Shown piece after piece: positions 41,856-55,962 of a stretch of 64,000 nt of DNA. The stretch's first letter is position 1; each line of letters opens with the position of its first letter. The stretch is taken from positions 324,446,001 to 324,510,000 of the forward strand of contig OZ024740.1 of NCBI GenBank assembly GCA_964016885.1. The letters are read 5' to 3'. The notes beneath the pieces are model-generated. The model did not search any database, was not told the origin of the DNA, and was given only the letters and a program-made list of their open reading frames with translations. This DNA is from Eledone cirrhosa (lineage: Eukaryota). Made by a program: the position numbers and the translations under genes.

Positions 41856-41944
41856 CACTATATGTTCAGCCTACATATATATATATATGTAGACTGGATA
41901 CTTTCTTGTTGACATGTGTTTTTAGGCCTCATATCATGTTACCT

Positions 41945-42014
41945 TATTTTATCTGATGAGAACACAATTTTTGTCCCAGGATGATGTTGTTTTCGAAATG
42001 CGCATAATAAAATA
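41945..42014 (+). ncRNA. Minimal type I hammerhead ribozyme
   Basis: TATTTTAT-CTGATGA-GAACACAAT..GTTGTTTTC-GAAA-TGCGCA-TA-ATAAAATA; perfect stem I, palindromic stem III; predicted cleavage after 42006. Confidence 0.85.
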
Positions 42015-42110
42015 TATGGAACTTCTTTAACCATCTTTTAATTTCTTCTTTTATATATATATATGGACACTCATGACTTAGAAGAGCTAGTGTAGATTAA
42101 AAATATTGTG

Positions 42111-42142
<32 letters not shown>

Positions 42143-43982
42143 TACACACACACGCATACATATATATAAATACGTTCGTACATACATACATTATATACTC
42201 ACATACGATTTTTAGTCTTTTAGTTTGTCTTAGTTATGACGGTCAAACCAATGTTCCATTTTTTTCTTTTTATCATCTTGTATATGTCCCAAAGATCTAA
42301 TGTTTACTTTGGGTTTTTCTAGGTTTTTCAATATAGGGGATCAATGGATTGTTCAATGCTGCTCTACTTTAGTTGTAGTAGGTATTTTTTGTGATGGACC
42401 TCCGTCAGTTTCGACGACGAGATTTACAGTTGTTCGAACAACGGAAAGGCCTGGTCGTGAAATTCAGGTTCAAATGAATGAGCATTCTACCGACACTTGT
42501 ATATTTAAGGTAGTTCTCAGGAAGATTAAGCGAGACTGTATGTAAAAAAGCTGACTCTTTTGAATTGCAGGTTTAATCCATTTTTCTATTATAGTTCATG
42601 TTGTTGAAGATTTCACAGATATATTTCCCCCACTAGATGTATATCTCAGGGAGTTTCAGCGTAAAACAATATGATCATAGATTGGATATGTGAATTACAG
42701 GTACAACTCATATTTTTCAGCTGTGTGGACTGGAGCAACGTGATATATAAGGTCTCGCTCATAGACCAAACTCGCCGCCAGCAATCGAATTTATAACCTT
42801 ACAATCATGAACCGAACCACCGAATTACTAAGGCAGACCACTTCCCTCTTATTTTCTAGATCATTGATCCAGTGTGTTAGGGAGACATATATCTAGAAGT
42901 TAGAAGTATTTTAAGAGTCTCCGAGGAAAAGTTTGGTAATATTTAGTCATTCTTTTGGGAGACAGTCGTACTAGTGGTGATCTTTAAATGTCAAACTATT
43001 ACAGTATAGGTTCCTGGTGTGAGAGTCATGGGTTCTAGGAATAGTATCTTCCACTCCTTTGTTAATGATGTTACTGTTAGTTATTTTTTTTTTATTTCAT
43101 TATTGTATACCAATGTTCAAACGGTAAATTGGCAAAATTATTAGAACGTCGGATAGAATGCTTTGTGGTATTCCTTCCGCCTGTCTGCTTTCTCAGTTCA
43201 AATCCCACCAAGGTCACGTTTGTCTTTCATCCTTTCGAGGATAAAAAAAGTCCCAATATTGTACTGAGGGACGATTCTTCCTCTATGTCGCCTTCTCATT
43301 TCCTATCTCTCACTCTCTATACTGCTCTGGAAGAAATCTGCTCTATTCAGACCTGGAGACGAGATGGGTTTTGCCAGGCTTAAAATGCCCAAAGAAGCGC
43401 CGTATGTCATTAGGGTATCCCTACGATTTCACCAGGAGTTACGGGACTGAGAAGAAGATACCAATGTTCAGATGGCGAAATGCCAGTGTCATTAGAATGT
43501 CGGATAGAATACTTTCAGGTATTCGTTTAGCTTCGCTGCGCTCCGAGTTCCAACCTGCCACGGTCAATTTTACTTCTCAGCCTTTCGAGGTCGTTAAAAT
43601 AGTTCCAACTTCAGTTGGAATCTACAATATTTATCCCCCAATATGTTTACATTAATTATTTTTTAATACTTAGATTTCGTTAACAATCAACCCCTGACCC
43701 CCGCCTCTTTCTCTATGATTTTTACTTTCTGGACCTTTCTGACATTCAAAGAAAAAGAACACAACCATTACAAAATGTTGTTAATAAAGACTAATGAATT
43801 AGGGCCTCATTTAGAAATATCTAAAAGAGAAACCCAATAAAACATGGGTACCTAAAAAGACAGCTATGTTAGTGTAATAGTTATCTGTATAACATAACCT
43901 GTCCCACGTATTGAGTGCTAATTTTCGGATATCTTTTACCAAATTACACACACACACACACATATATATATAAAGTATAACA

Positions 43983-44093
<111 letters not shown>

Positions 44094-44094
44094 A

Positions 44095-44163
<69 letters not shown>

Positions 44164-44166
44164 AAG

Positions 44167-44197
<31 letters not shown>

Positions 44198-44422
44198 TAT
44201 TGTTATACTTTTGGAGAGTCATACAAACAGACGCATCAGCTGTTTTCACGTCAATTTATTATTATAATTTTCCGTCGGTTAGTTTAATACCCGGATGGAT
44301 GTTTAGTTGTTGATTCTTCAGTGACTACTCCTTTTTGTTCTGTTTTAGACCACCTTGACAACATGGTGTAAAATGAAATAAAACAACACAGAACAAAGAG
44401 GAGACACAAATTAACAAAACTA

Positions 44423-44465
44423 GTTACTGATGAGGTTATAGAATGTGTGACGAAAGTGCTTTGAC
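44423..44465 (+). ncRNA. Minimal hammerhead-like motif, same family as 11628
   Basis: GTTA-CTGATGA-G-GTTATA(GAATG)TGTGAC-GAAA-GTGC-TT-TGAC; substitutions keep pairing via G-U. Confidence 0.65.
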
Positions 44466-44593
44466 AATTAACAATTAAACAATTAAACAACCATCCAGTT
44501 ATTAAGCTCTATGTACGTATGCATGTATATATGTATGCATATATATATATATATGAGATGTGAGAAAAACCACAGACCCTCCATCTCAACTCA

Positions 44594-44631
44594 CCTTTTG
44601 AAAAGCAGAAGAACTGCGAAACCGGTAAAGG
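44594..44631 (+). ncRNA. U3-A8 variant minimal hammerhead ribozyme
   Basis: CCTT-TTGAAAA-GCAG(AAGAA)CTGC-GAAA-CCGG-TA-AAGG; host element ~44561-44730 recurs at ~63737-63925. Confidence 0.75.
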
Positions 44632-44945
44632 AACCAAATAAATATATATATTAAAAAAAAAAATAAGACTCCAGTTGCATTTTCGATTTCATCTCTTTTT
44701 CTTTATACTTTCACTCGGTTATTTTTCAATTTAAAAAAAAAAAGCGAATTCAGAGGGTTTTTTTTAATTCCCAACTAACAGACTGATTCTATGTAGTCAA
44801 ATACGGCGTAAGCACATGTTACTAATTAATTTTCAAGTTCGTTAGCCATTTGTAAACAAAGCCTGCTTTGTGTCTCCCTATGTATATACATGTATATACC
44901 TGCTATGGTTGTATAGCTTCTAATTAAATAGCAGGAAGTATGGTT

Positions 44946-45016
44946 TGCGTGTTGGTGTAATGGTAACGCATTGGTCCGGCAAACCAAGGATGTGGGTTCG
45001 TGTCCCATGTATGTCA
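44946..45016 (+). pseudogene. tRNA-like sequence (tRNA pseudogene or SINE head), anticodon GGC
   Basis: A box TGGTGTAATGG, D stem GTGT/ACGC, anticodon stem TTGGT/ACCAA with 7-nt loop CCGGCAA, T arm GTGGG-TTCGTGT-CCCAT; acceptor stem mostly wobble; C instead of U33. Confidence 0.6.
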
Positions 45017-45127
45017 ATACTCATCCTTTTTTTTCCATTCAGAGGGTTTTTTTAAATCCAAACTAACAGGCTAATTCTATATAGTCAAGTACGGCGTAAG
45101 CACGTCACTGTAAATATAATTACTACC

Positions 45128-45162
<35 letters not shown>

Positions 45163-45244
45163 AAGTATATATTGAGTTAGAAGCTCATAAAGGTTCATTA
45201 CAATTAGGAGTAGCTCAAGGAAAAAAAATCTTCCGGGCCGGGTA

Positions 45245-45499
45245 ATATAATTCAATAAAGAGAGAAGAACACAGATATATACCCATCTGTATTCAAATTA
45301 CAAGGGACCACAATTTGGTAGGTTGAACTGTATACTAACTATAAACAAAACGGTCAGCCAGACTCAATTAAAAGAAAAAAATTAAGAAAAAAACAAACCG
45401 TCTGTGACAATAGTTAGTATACTGTTCAACCTAGCAAATTTTTGTCCCTTATAATCTGAATACAGATGTATATATATCTGTGTTCTCCTCTCTTTATTG

Positions 45500-45507
<8 letters not shown>
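45245..45507. repeat. ~97-bp inverted repeats with 67-bp spacer, abutting (TA)n
   Basis: 45245-45342 is the diverged reverse complement of 45410-45507. Confidence 0.85.
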
Positions 45508-45556
<49 letters not shown>

Positions 45557-46304
45557 TAAGTACGCATACATGCATGTATGTGTATATTAGCCATCGAGAT
45601 AGAAAATGTTGTTTCAAGGGATGAATAGTGGAAGGGGTAATGCTCCCTGGACACAAGCCGGGACTTGGTCAACCCCAACGGTGTCAAATTGGTAAGGTTG
45701 CGTGAAGTTGAAAGACGTGAAACACCTGGCATTCCTGATAACATCACTGAATGTTTGTATAGCTGCATCACACGCCATCTTTGTTAATAGACTATACACA
45801 TCTCTTAATAATTATTAAGATATGTCAACTCAAAAAGGTAATTGTTTATCGTAAAATGATCAAACTGTGCGTGTCACTGCATCGCTCTTGTCCGACAGAT
45901 CTGTGCAAAAGATAACCGTCTGTCATCATCCACCATTTTCTCTTGATAAAGGAGTTTTAACACCGAGATATTGAAGTTAACAGTGTAAGCTGTTGTTTTA
46001 TGTAAGGGTTTCTCTCTTACTCAGCTACTTACAACTTGCATTGTACGTTTTCTAACAGTGATTTTAATATTCACATATACGAGCGCGCAGACACATACAC
46101 ACACACACGCAGACATACACACACATACAGCCATACACACACACACAAGCACACACACACACACACACACACACTCCAAGAAACATACATTCACACACAC
46201 CTATCTATTTATAGAGTTAAAAACTAATATATGAACTCTATTTCACAATATACCTGTTTATGATATTGCTGCTGCTGCTGCTGCTACCACCACCACCACC
46301 GCTG

Positions 46305-46353
<49 letters not shown>

Positions 46354-47805
46354 CATCACCTTGAAACCAATATCTCCACCACCAACAGCAATAACAACAA
46401 CACCAACAATATCACCAACACCACTACTACCACTAATACTTCCACGACCATATCCACCATTACTACTACCACCACCACCACCACCACCGTCAACACGAAC
46501 ACCACCATATTACCATTCTCCACCACCATTTTCCACCACTACCACCACAACCTCGGGAAGAAGAATTCTTCAGTTTTAATTTTGAATTGAAGTAGACTTT
46601 CAGAGAGACTGTCATATACTCCAGAGACAGAAGAGTTCTGTGGAGAGAGGGAGAGAACTGTTGCACATTAATAAATCATGAGACGCCGACAGGAAGTTAA
46701 TGCTGATCAAAAACAACAGAATTGTAGAGAACGTTCCAAATGTCCTTAGGGTACATGTATTTGTATATATATATATATGTGTATGTGTGTGTGTGTGTGT
46801 GTGTGGGGTGGGGGTGGGGGTGGGGGGTGGGTGTGTGTGTGTGTGTGTGTGTGGTGTGTGTGTGTGTGTGTGTTTGTATGTGTATGAGAGAGAGAGGGAG
46901 AGAGAGAGTTTGTGTGTATATATGTATGTATTATGCATGTGTGTGTGTGTCATATATAGGTATACAGACATACACAAAACAGAATTATATACACACATCT
47001 AATTGTCAGTGGGTGTTGTTAATTTTATTAGTAACTACATTCTCTCCGCAACAACAATGGAGGACTATATTATATATTTCACAGTTTCTTACTTAATTTC
47101 TCATCTACTTTTCCTTCGTCTCTCACATTTTATTTTCTTCGTCATTAATTCTCGTTCCTACTTCCTCTCTCTCCATCTCCTTTTCCCTCTCTCACTCTCT
47201 CTCCCTTTCTCTCTCTCCCTCTCTCTCCCTTTCCCTTCTCTCTCTCTTTCCCTTTCTCTCTCTCTCCCTCTTTCTCATTTTCCCTCTCTCACCCTCTCTC
47301 TCCCTTTCTCTCTCTTTCCATCTCTCTCCATTTCCCTTTCTCTCTCTCTCTCTTTTTCACTATTTTTATTCTTGTATTTTCTATTTCTTTCATTCTGTTT
47401 TTATCTTTATATCTTTCTAATTCTACAACTGTGACCAACATTATGGCTATGTGGTTAACTAAGGACTTTTTGGTTCAATCGCAACAACTTGATAAAATGA
47501 GTACCGAACTTGAAAAAAATATGTTCTAGGGTTAATATGATCAACTTAAAGCCATTCAAGAACATACCCTAGCATAGCCGCATTCAAATGACTGAAGCCA
47601 TTGAAGCAATACAAGAATAAAGAATATATTTAGCCTCAATGTATGATTGAAAATATTTCTGCTTACAGTACAATTCTATTAAATTTAGATTATTTCTCAG
47701 TCTATATATATTAAATCAACTGTTGTGCCAAGTAAACACACGTATACACACACACACACACACATACATATATATATATAGTATATATATATATATATAT
47801 ATATA

Positions 47806-47875
<70 letters not shown>

Positions 47876-47974
47876 AACACACACACACACACATATATAT
47901 ATAATTAAATCTTAGACAGGAACAAAAACAGAGAGGCAGTACAAATAGTGGTTTATTAGAGAGAGAGAGAGAGG

Positions 47975-48008
<34 letters not shown>

Positions 48009-48175
48009 GAGAAATAATAATGTAGAGATATTATTATACAACACAATAAATCAAATCTACACACACACGCATATATATATATATATATACTCATACAGTA
48101 CATATACTTATATATACACGCATATATATATACACATATATATTTATATATATATATATAAAAAACATATGTATA

Positions 48176-48238
<63 letters not shown>

Positions 48239-49020
48239 CACATATATAGGGATTTAAAATGGCGGTTTAATTGAATGAAATACTCTCCAATTGGAAACCT
48301 GTTTTAAATTTGGTTGAATATTCTTTCCGGAGACAGTTCTGTTGTAATTATGTTAAGATCGATTCACAGAAGAATATATATATATATACACACACTTGCA
48401 TACATACACACACACATATATATATATATATATACATACACACACAGACACACATTCACACAAACACACACACACACACATATGTATACTCATTTTATTA
48501 AGCCTATAATATGTTGTCTACATACATACGCGCACACATTTCCATTGCTCTTTACCTCCCCCTCTCACTCTCTCTTTATATATATATATATATTTACACA
48601 CATACATATAGATATCGATATAGATATAGATATAGATAACGAACAATTAGTTATAAATGCGTTTCTTGATGCTAGAATTAGCTGAAGTGAAACCTCTCTT
48701 TTAACTCTTTCATTAATTACTAAACAACAATTTGATTCTATATTGTTTTACTTTTGTGTTGCTACTATTTTACCATTGTACCATTTTGCTGCATTACGTC
48801 ATTTGGCTAGGGCTAAGCTGGGGCATCGTTTATATATTTCGTCGAGAAAACTTATTGTGTTTTTTTTTACTTTGATAATCATATCTATTTCTGTTTTATG
48901 TCCAATCGCTAAATTACTGGGTATGAACGCAGATGCCGACACACGTTTACTTACACGTGCGCTCGCGCACGCACGCACACACATACAGACACAGACACAC
49001 ACACACACATATACATACAT

Positions 49021-49315
49021 GATAGCTGCCCCCTCGTTATCGAGTATGGCCATTGCACGATATACCATATTAATAATTATTAATTAATGCTATCGTGCAA
49101 TGCCTGTGCGTGAAGATATTTTTTAAAGCGAGGAAAGACTGTGCACTGAGCCAATCCCACTCTCTGAGCGACAGTAGCTATAAGCCGAAAAGAAGAAAAG
49201 ATCAACATCATCGGTAACTACTGAGCCGCAGGTTTTATATCGGAGTTCTCCCAGTTTTCTGAGTTGCCTTCTCCTAGAAGAACGCCCTGACTAAGCCTAG
49301 GAGTCCTTCACTCAC
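49021..49315 (-). mobile_element. Family A non-autonomous element
   Basis: Reverse complement of ~19140-19435. Confidence 0.7.
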
Positions 49316-49398
49316 ATACATACATACATACATACATACATACATACATACATACATACATACATACATACATACATACATACATACATACATACATA

Positions 49399-52300
49399 CG
49401 CAAAAAACAATCCCTCCATTGGCTATATGAATAGAATGAAGCTACACTGGGACGAAATGCACCCAGAGCTAAATTATTTCACAGCGAACAAATTCGCCAA
49501 CAAGCGACGTTTGTTGAACGTAAAAATAAGATAAATATTATTAATTGTAAGTCCCCCACAACAAACATGGAATCAACAACACGTGCTACAGATCGCCATG
49601 CTACTAGACTTCCTGGCAGCCAGGTCGAACAGCGCCTTGAAACAACTATGCCTGTAAGAAACTTGACACCACCTGTACCATCTAAGTCTACCTCGAATGC
49701 TGGGGAAAACACTATCGATAATAATAATAATCGAAGAAATAATAATAATAATCGAATAAATGTGACACCACGTATACCATCTGAGTCTACCTCGACTGTT
49801 GTGGAAAATACTATCGATAATGATAATCAAAAGTATAAACAATTGAAAATTTCCATCAACGAAATCTTCCAGAGAGAAATTAACTCATGTATAAATATCT
49901 CTCTTGCTGAACGTGTTAAAATGACAATGGTGAATAAAAAACCAAATAATGAAATACTACGTGTTATTGACGAAATAGGGGATGAATATTTACGACGGAT
50001 AAAAACCCCAACATTTTGGCAAATCAACGCCTGTTTATATGCCTTAGCAATGACAGTGAAGCATTATCTTGGTGATTGCAGAGATATTAACAAGAACAAA
50101 ACACCACCAAAAATACCATTATATATAACTAAAATAGAAAAAAAGAGTGCTGACCTACGAAAAAACATAGGATATGTAACAATGCTCCTTACATGCAAAC
50201 AAACACAAAAAAACCTCACTCCTCACCAACAAAGAGTGAAAAATAAAATAGAGACGATGTTTGGTAACAGTAGAACCAGAACTCTCCAATATAAGCTGAT
50301 CACCCTCAAACAACAATTGAGAGCTGTTAGCGAAAAACGCCGATACCTGAAGAAGGTAGATGAGAGAAAAATGCTTAATAAAAGATTCAGACGAAACCAA
50401 ACATCAGTCTATAGAGATATGAAGGGCAAAATAATAAGTGTCACTGAGGCCCCATCCCAGAAAGACATAGATTCCTTTTGGAGAAAAATATGGGGTGAAA
50501 AGAAGAATTTCAACCAAGATGCAGTATGGCTAAGAGAAATCCGAAAGAACTATTGCTCCTACACTACAGCAAAAACATACGAAATAAGTGAGGGTACCCT
50601 TGAGACTGTGATAGGAAAACTCCAAGATAAGAAAACACCTGGAAGAGACATGATTGTCGGCTACTGGTACAAAAAACTAATATTCTATCGGAGGTATCTT
50701 ACTGACCTCTACCAACAAGTTCTTAAGGGAGATACACTTATACCAGAATGGTTGACATTAGCACAAACGTTACTGGTCCCCAAGAACAAAGACACCCACT
50801 TGGCAAAAAACTACCGACCCATTGCATGCCAGAACCTAATGTATAAGATGTATACAGCCTGCCTCAACCTATTCCTCCAAGATCACTGTGAAAATAATAA
50901 CATCATCACAGATGAACAAGCAGCTGGAAAGAAAAGGGTTTGGGGATGTTCTGAACAACTCCTAATCAACAAAACTGCGATGTCGGAGGTGCGAGAACTT
51001 AGGAGGAATATGGCTACAGTCTGTCTGGACTACAAGAAAACTTACGATTCTGTTTCCCACTCTTGGATGATAGAGGCCCTCCAACTTGCTAAAGTCCCAG
51101 ACATTATTATAGAGAGGCTGTATTCTTCTTGGGCTACTATCCTAAGGTTAAAGACAGAGAGGGAGGATTCTATTTTCACTGATAAAATAAAATATTGCAG
51201 GGGTATATTTCAGGGGGACAGTCTCTCTGTGATATTGTTCATCTTGTCATTAAACCCCTTGTCCTTTCTGTTCAAGAAATGTGAGGGATACATCATTGGC
51301 TCACAGGAGCACAGAAATACGAACCTAACCCATAACTTCTTTGTGGAGGATCTGAAACTCTATGCCAAGAACATGGATGGGATGAAGAAAAATCTTGACC
51401 TGGTTACAACGTTCTCAAAGGATATAGGAATGGAGTTTGGCCAAGATAAATGCTCATACATGACTGTAAAGCGGGGAAAAACAACAACCCATCTAGCAAC
51501 ATTGTCATCAATGGTCTAACTGTTTCACCGATATCTGATGAGGACTGCTACAGATACCTGGGGATAGATGAGAACATATCCTATAATGGTATCTGTAATA
51601 AAGAACGCGTAACCAGGGAATACTACACCCGATTAAGAAAGATCTGGTCATCGGAACTCTCTGCGCAAAACAAAGCAGTGACTCACAATGTGTTTTCTGT
51701 GCCTGTCCTAACACCAACGTCTGGAATACTCAATTGGACGATAGACGAAATCCGAGCAGTTGATGTTGGAACTCGAAAAATACTGAACAACACCGGAAAC
51801 TTCCACATCAACAGTGACATAGACCGCCTTTACTTGAAACGTAGGCAGGGAGGAAGAGGCCTAACATCAGTCCAGACAACATTTGAATGTCGCATCATAT
51901 CTCTCCGACAACATCTACGAACCTCGAAGCGTAGGAGCCCGCTTCTCGAGCAAGTCTATCTGCATGAAACAGATAAGATCATGAGAGTTGGGAAGGAACT
52001 CCTTGAGAGATATTCCCTGTGTGATAATCAAAAACTCACACCCAGGGAAGTCGCTCAGCAGTATCGCAGTGAATCCATGGATGAAAAACTGCATGCCTAT
52101 CAGCAAAAAATCATGCATGGATATGTTGCCAGGAAGCTCCAGAGTGAGAGTAATATAGATAAGGAAAGTAGTCTATCTTGGACCAACAACCGCTATATTG
52201 GCTCCCACTTTGAATGATACGCTTTTGCAATCCAAGAACAGGAGATTAGCACGAAATACCTGATTCACAAAAGAGATAGGGATGCAGGCAAAACACCTAG

Positions 52301-53134
52301 ATGTGATAACAAGTGCAGACTCTGCAGAACTAAGATCGAGGATATCACCCATGTCATCAGCAGCTGCCCAAAGATGTCATCGCGGTACTATCTACCTATG
52401 AGGCATGATGTAGTGGCCAACACACTGTACAATGCAGTTCGTAAAAAAGATAGCCCCGATGATAAACACATTATAAGCTAAAACAATGTGGAAGACATCC
52501 ATGTACATAATATGAAAGAGTACTGGTGGAATGTTCCAGTAAAAACCCCAATAAAATGCAGGCATAACAGACCAGATATTATGATATGGGACAGGGAGAA
52601 GAAAACATGTGGAAATTAGCTGCCCAGCAGATGTCAATATAATATCAAAGTTTAGTGGAAAGGAGAATATTTATGCAGAACTGATGAGAAATCTGCAGAT
52701 ACTCCACCCTGATTAAGCCTTCAGATTTATGCCTGTGATTATTGGGACACTAGGATATGTTAGTAACTGCCTCAATACAAATCTTGAGAAGCTAGTCTTC
52801 ACAGGAACAGAAAGAACACAACTAGTTAGGAAATTACAAGTACAATCCATTAAAGGAACAGTAAAAATATGAAAAACATTCCCAAAAGTTTGCATCTAAT
52901 AACTGCATATACACATGTACAGATACAAAGCATATACACATGCACATATACAACTCAAGAGATACACATCCACACATACAATAACATCCATATCTACACA
53001 TGCATGCATGCAGACATAAATACATATCTACCTAGTTGATGTTGTGTAAATTCCAATGAGAGAGTCTTGTGTCTATGTTAGAAACCGACTCTCTCTCTAT
53101 TGGTAAAACTTTGTGAAATTATAAAACCACAAGA
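49399..53134 (+). mobile_element. R4/Dong-type RLE non-LTR retrotransposon, slightly 5' truncated, decayed, inserted in (CATA)n
   Basis: ORFs 49567-51519 and 51450-52217 plus continuation to ~52899: NYRPIAC, LDYKKTYDSVSHSW, GIFQGDSLS, FFVEDLKLY, YRYLG, GGRGL, CRLC..HVISSC, RHD, NRPDI; (CATA)n on both sides. Confidence 0.93.
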
Positions 53135-53238
53135 ACATACATACATACATACATACATACATACATACATACATACATACATACATACATACATACATAC
53201 ACACACACTTACATACATACATACATACATACACACAT

Positions 53239-53846
53239 GGTGGCTGCCAACTCGTTTTCGAGTACGGCCACTACTTTATATCCATGTAGGAGAACCCCTA
53301 CCGATGCGCTGAATGAGTGCGACTTTTTAGTCCAGCCAGCGACTTGAAAACTCTGGTACAAACACTACACTTGTGACAATTATTGACACATAGTGCTTGG
53401 CCCATGGTACCATGTGACGTCAAGTGCAGAGAGATCTCCAGATATAAAGTAATGCCTGTGCCGTGAAGCTTTTATAGTGAGCAAAGGCACTGCACAAAGC
53501 CAGTCCCACTCTCTTAATCAAGATGATATTTACCAAAAAGAAGTACAAGTCAACATCATTGGATACCATCAGGGTTGCAGGTGTTATATCAGAGTTTTCC
53601 TTCTCCTAGAATTCTGCCTTGACAAAGGCTAAGGGGTCATCTCTCCCGGTGATTTTGGATGGGCATTGACTCTTAAGAGCTCCTTTGCCCTTTGACAGGT
53701 TTTGATTTTAGTCCTGCAGGATGTCCAAAGTCACCCTCCTCACCAAGAAACCTTTGTGGGGTTGCCAGTTTAGTCGCCAACGACCCGACCATGAGACAGG
53801 TTGTACTGGGATACATGTTACCAGTAGCACCAACTGGTGACCTGAC
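53239..53846 (-). mobile_element. Family B non-autonomous element, more complete 5' end
   Basis: Reverse complement of 19488-20040 plus ~55 extra 5' bases; (CATA) runs on both sides. Confidence 0.75.
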
Positions 53847-55308
53847 ATACACACATACATACATACACGCATACTTACATACACATTTAGAGGGGGTAAA
53901 CCCCCCCCCCCCATCCGTCACGAATGACCATCAGATTTGCATCCGGACAGTCCTCCGTACGAGGTACCGAACTCCACTCACAATACTTTGGTGCACCTGA
54001 GGTTATAATAGAAGGCACTTGCCCAAGGTGTGCCGTACAGTGAGACTGAACCGAGAACCACGTGGTTGTGAAGCGAACTCTTTGACCCCCGAAACATGTC
54101 TTTGTTTGTATTTCTAAATATTCTCTGAATATTTTCCACAATCCAATTCTTTACAATATGACGGCATGACTTTCTCAGTACGTTTTTCTGTATCAGTAAA
54201 AATATTATGCAAAAAGTGTATCTGCTCGAAATGTCGGCAGATAAAAGTGGGTGGTTGTGTACTTCTGTGTGTACGTGCGTGGACTATGTGTTTTGTATAC
54301 ACGTGTGGCGCCTGTTTAGGTGTGTATTCTTGTATATAGTCGTGTATATATATGCATAAATACCACTACCACATATATAAATAATATGAATATTCATATA
54401 CATATATATATATATAGAGAGTTTCAGAAGATCCCGTTAAGGGTGAAAGCAGCGATTCTTTGCTTTAACTTTAATCTGTTAATTTAATATATATATATAT
54501 ATATATATATTGTGAGTGTGTGTGTGTTTGTATGTGTGTGTGTGTATGTTTTATACAAATATTTACATGTATGTGGCACAGTTCATTACCAATGATAATT
54601 ATTACTATTTGAGGCATCCAACCACCATTCTGAGTTTTTGGGTCTGTCTCTGATGAATCTCCACAAATATCTACTCGCGTTTCTGTCTCTTTATACAATA
54701 TAACCTCTTACATTTTATATAGTTTTATATAATTTACTAGTTTTTATTTATAGAATTGAAATTATTATTTTATTTATAAATCAATCGATTTATTCCAATA
54801 TCATCTTCTTTCTAACTATTCAATAAGCCATCTAATTAAAGTAATGAATAATTAGAATATATTGTTGACTAATGACATTCAACTAGTTAATATAATGGCG
54901 TGTGGCTCACTGGTTAGAGTACAGTATTACAAGACTGTGGGTTTTACAATCAGACTTGGAGGCGCCCCTGAGTATGTCTATACAATCAATATGCAAATTT
55001 ATATACGCATTAATGCAGTCACACTGAATATATACAGATGTAAATATATAAGATATATTACAAATTCAGGTTAACATTATATATAACATTTCTTTTTATA
55101 GTATAGATAATTTGTGTTATAACTGTACACATGTTTTATATTCATTTACTCTGACACACACACACACACACACACACAGACACAGACACACACATATATA
55201 TATATATCCACTTACACACAGATACACGCACAAACACTTATACACACATGCACATACATACACGCATTTAAACATATACATATTCCCACACCTGTTAACG
55301 CCTACATC

Positions 55309-55406
<98 letters not shown>

Positions 55407-55521
55407 CACATTCCCATTTACACACGCAAACACATATACACACATGCATATATATATATACTGTATATACATAAAAACAAACATATCGCCACACCTGTTA
55501 ACACCAACATACAACAACCCC

Positions 55522-55560
<39 letters not shown>

Positions 55561-55962
55561 AATACACACGAATGTCTGTTATTAATACATCCGTACTTCC
55601 TCCATATTTCCTAGATCTCCACTCCTATACTTACGCAATCATATTCTGTTGAGCTGTGAAATATAGCGTCTCTATATTTTCTACAATCTGCTAAAGATTT
55701 ACGATCATTACTTGTTGGTTCCTTTATTATTATTATTATTATTATTGACGAAAGTGGATGTACGTTTTTTGAAGCTCCGTGAGTAAGCAATTTTTTGAGG
55801 ATTAATTGTAGAGAATTGTTTATTTTTTGTACCGCTGAAGCATTATAAGACATTAATTTGTATCCTGTGAAGGAATAACTCATAATATTTGGGCCTTTTG
55901 GCCCAAATATTTGAACTTTATTTTGAAAAAAAAAAAAATAATAATTTTTTTCTCAAAAAAAC

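Noticed and set aside
52215-52217. In-frame TGA as selenocysteine/readthrough in the R4 ORF
   Set aside because: Position is normally Gly (EG..A.QEQ) and the element has other stops and frameshifts: simple decay
54640-54695. CTGATGA as a hammerhead core
   Set aside because: No downstream GAAA/stem I on the same strand; possibly a rearranged remnant but unsupported
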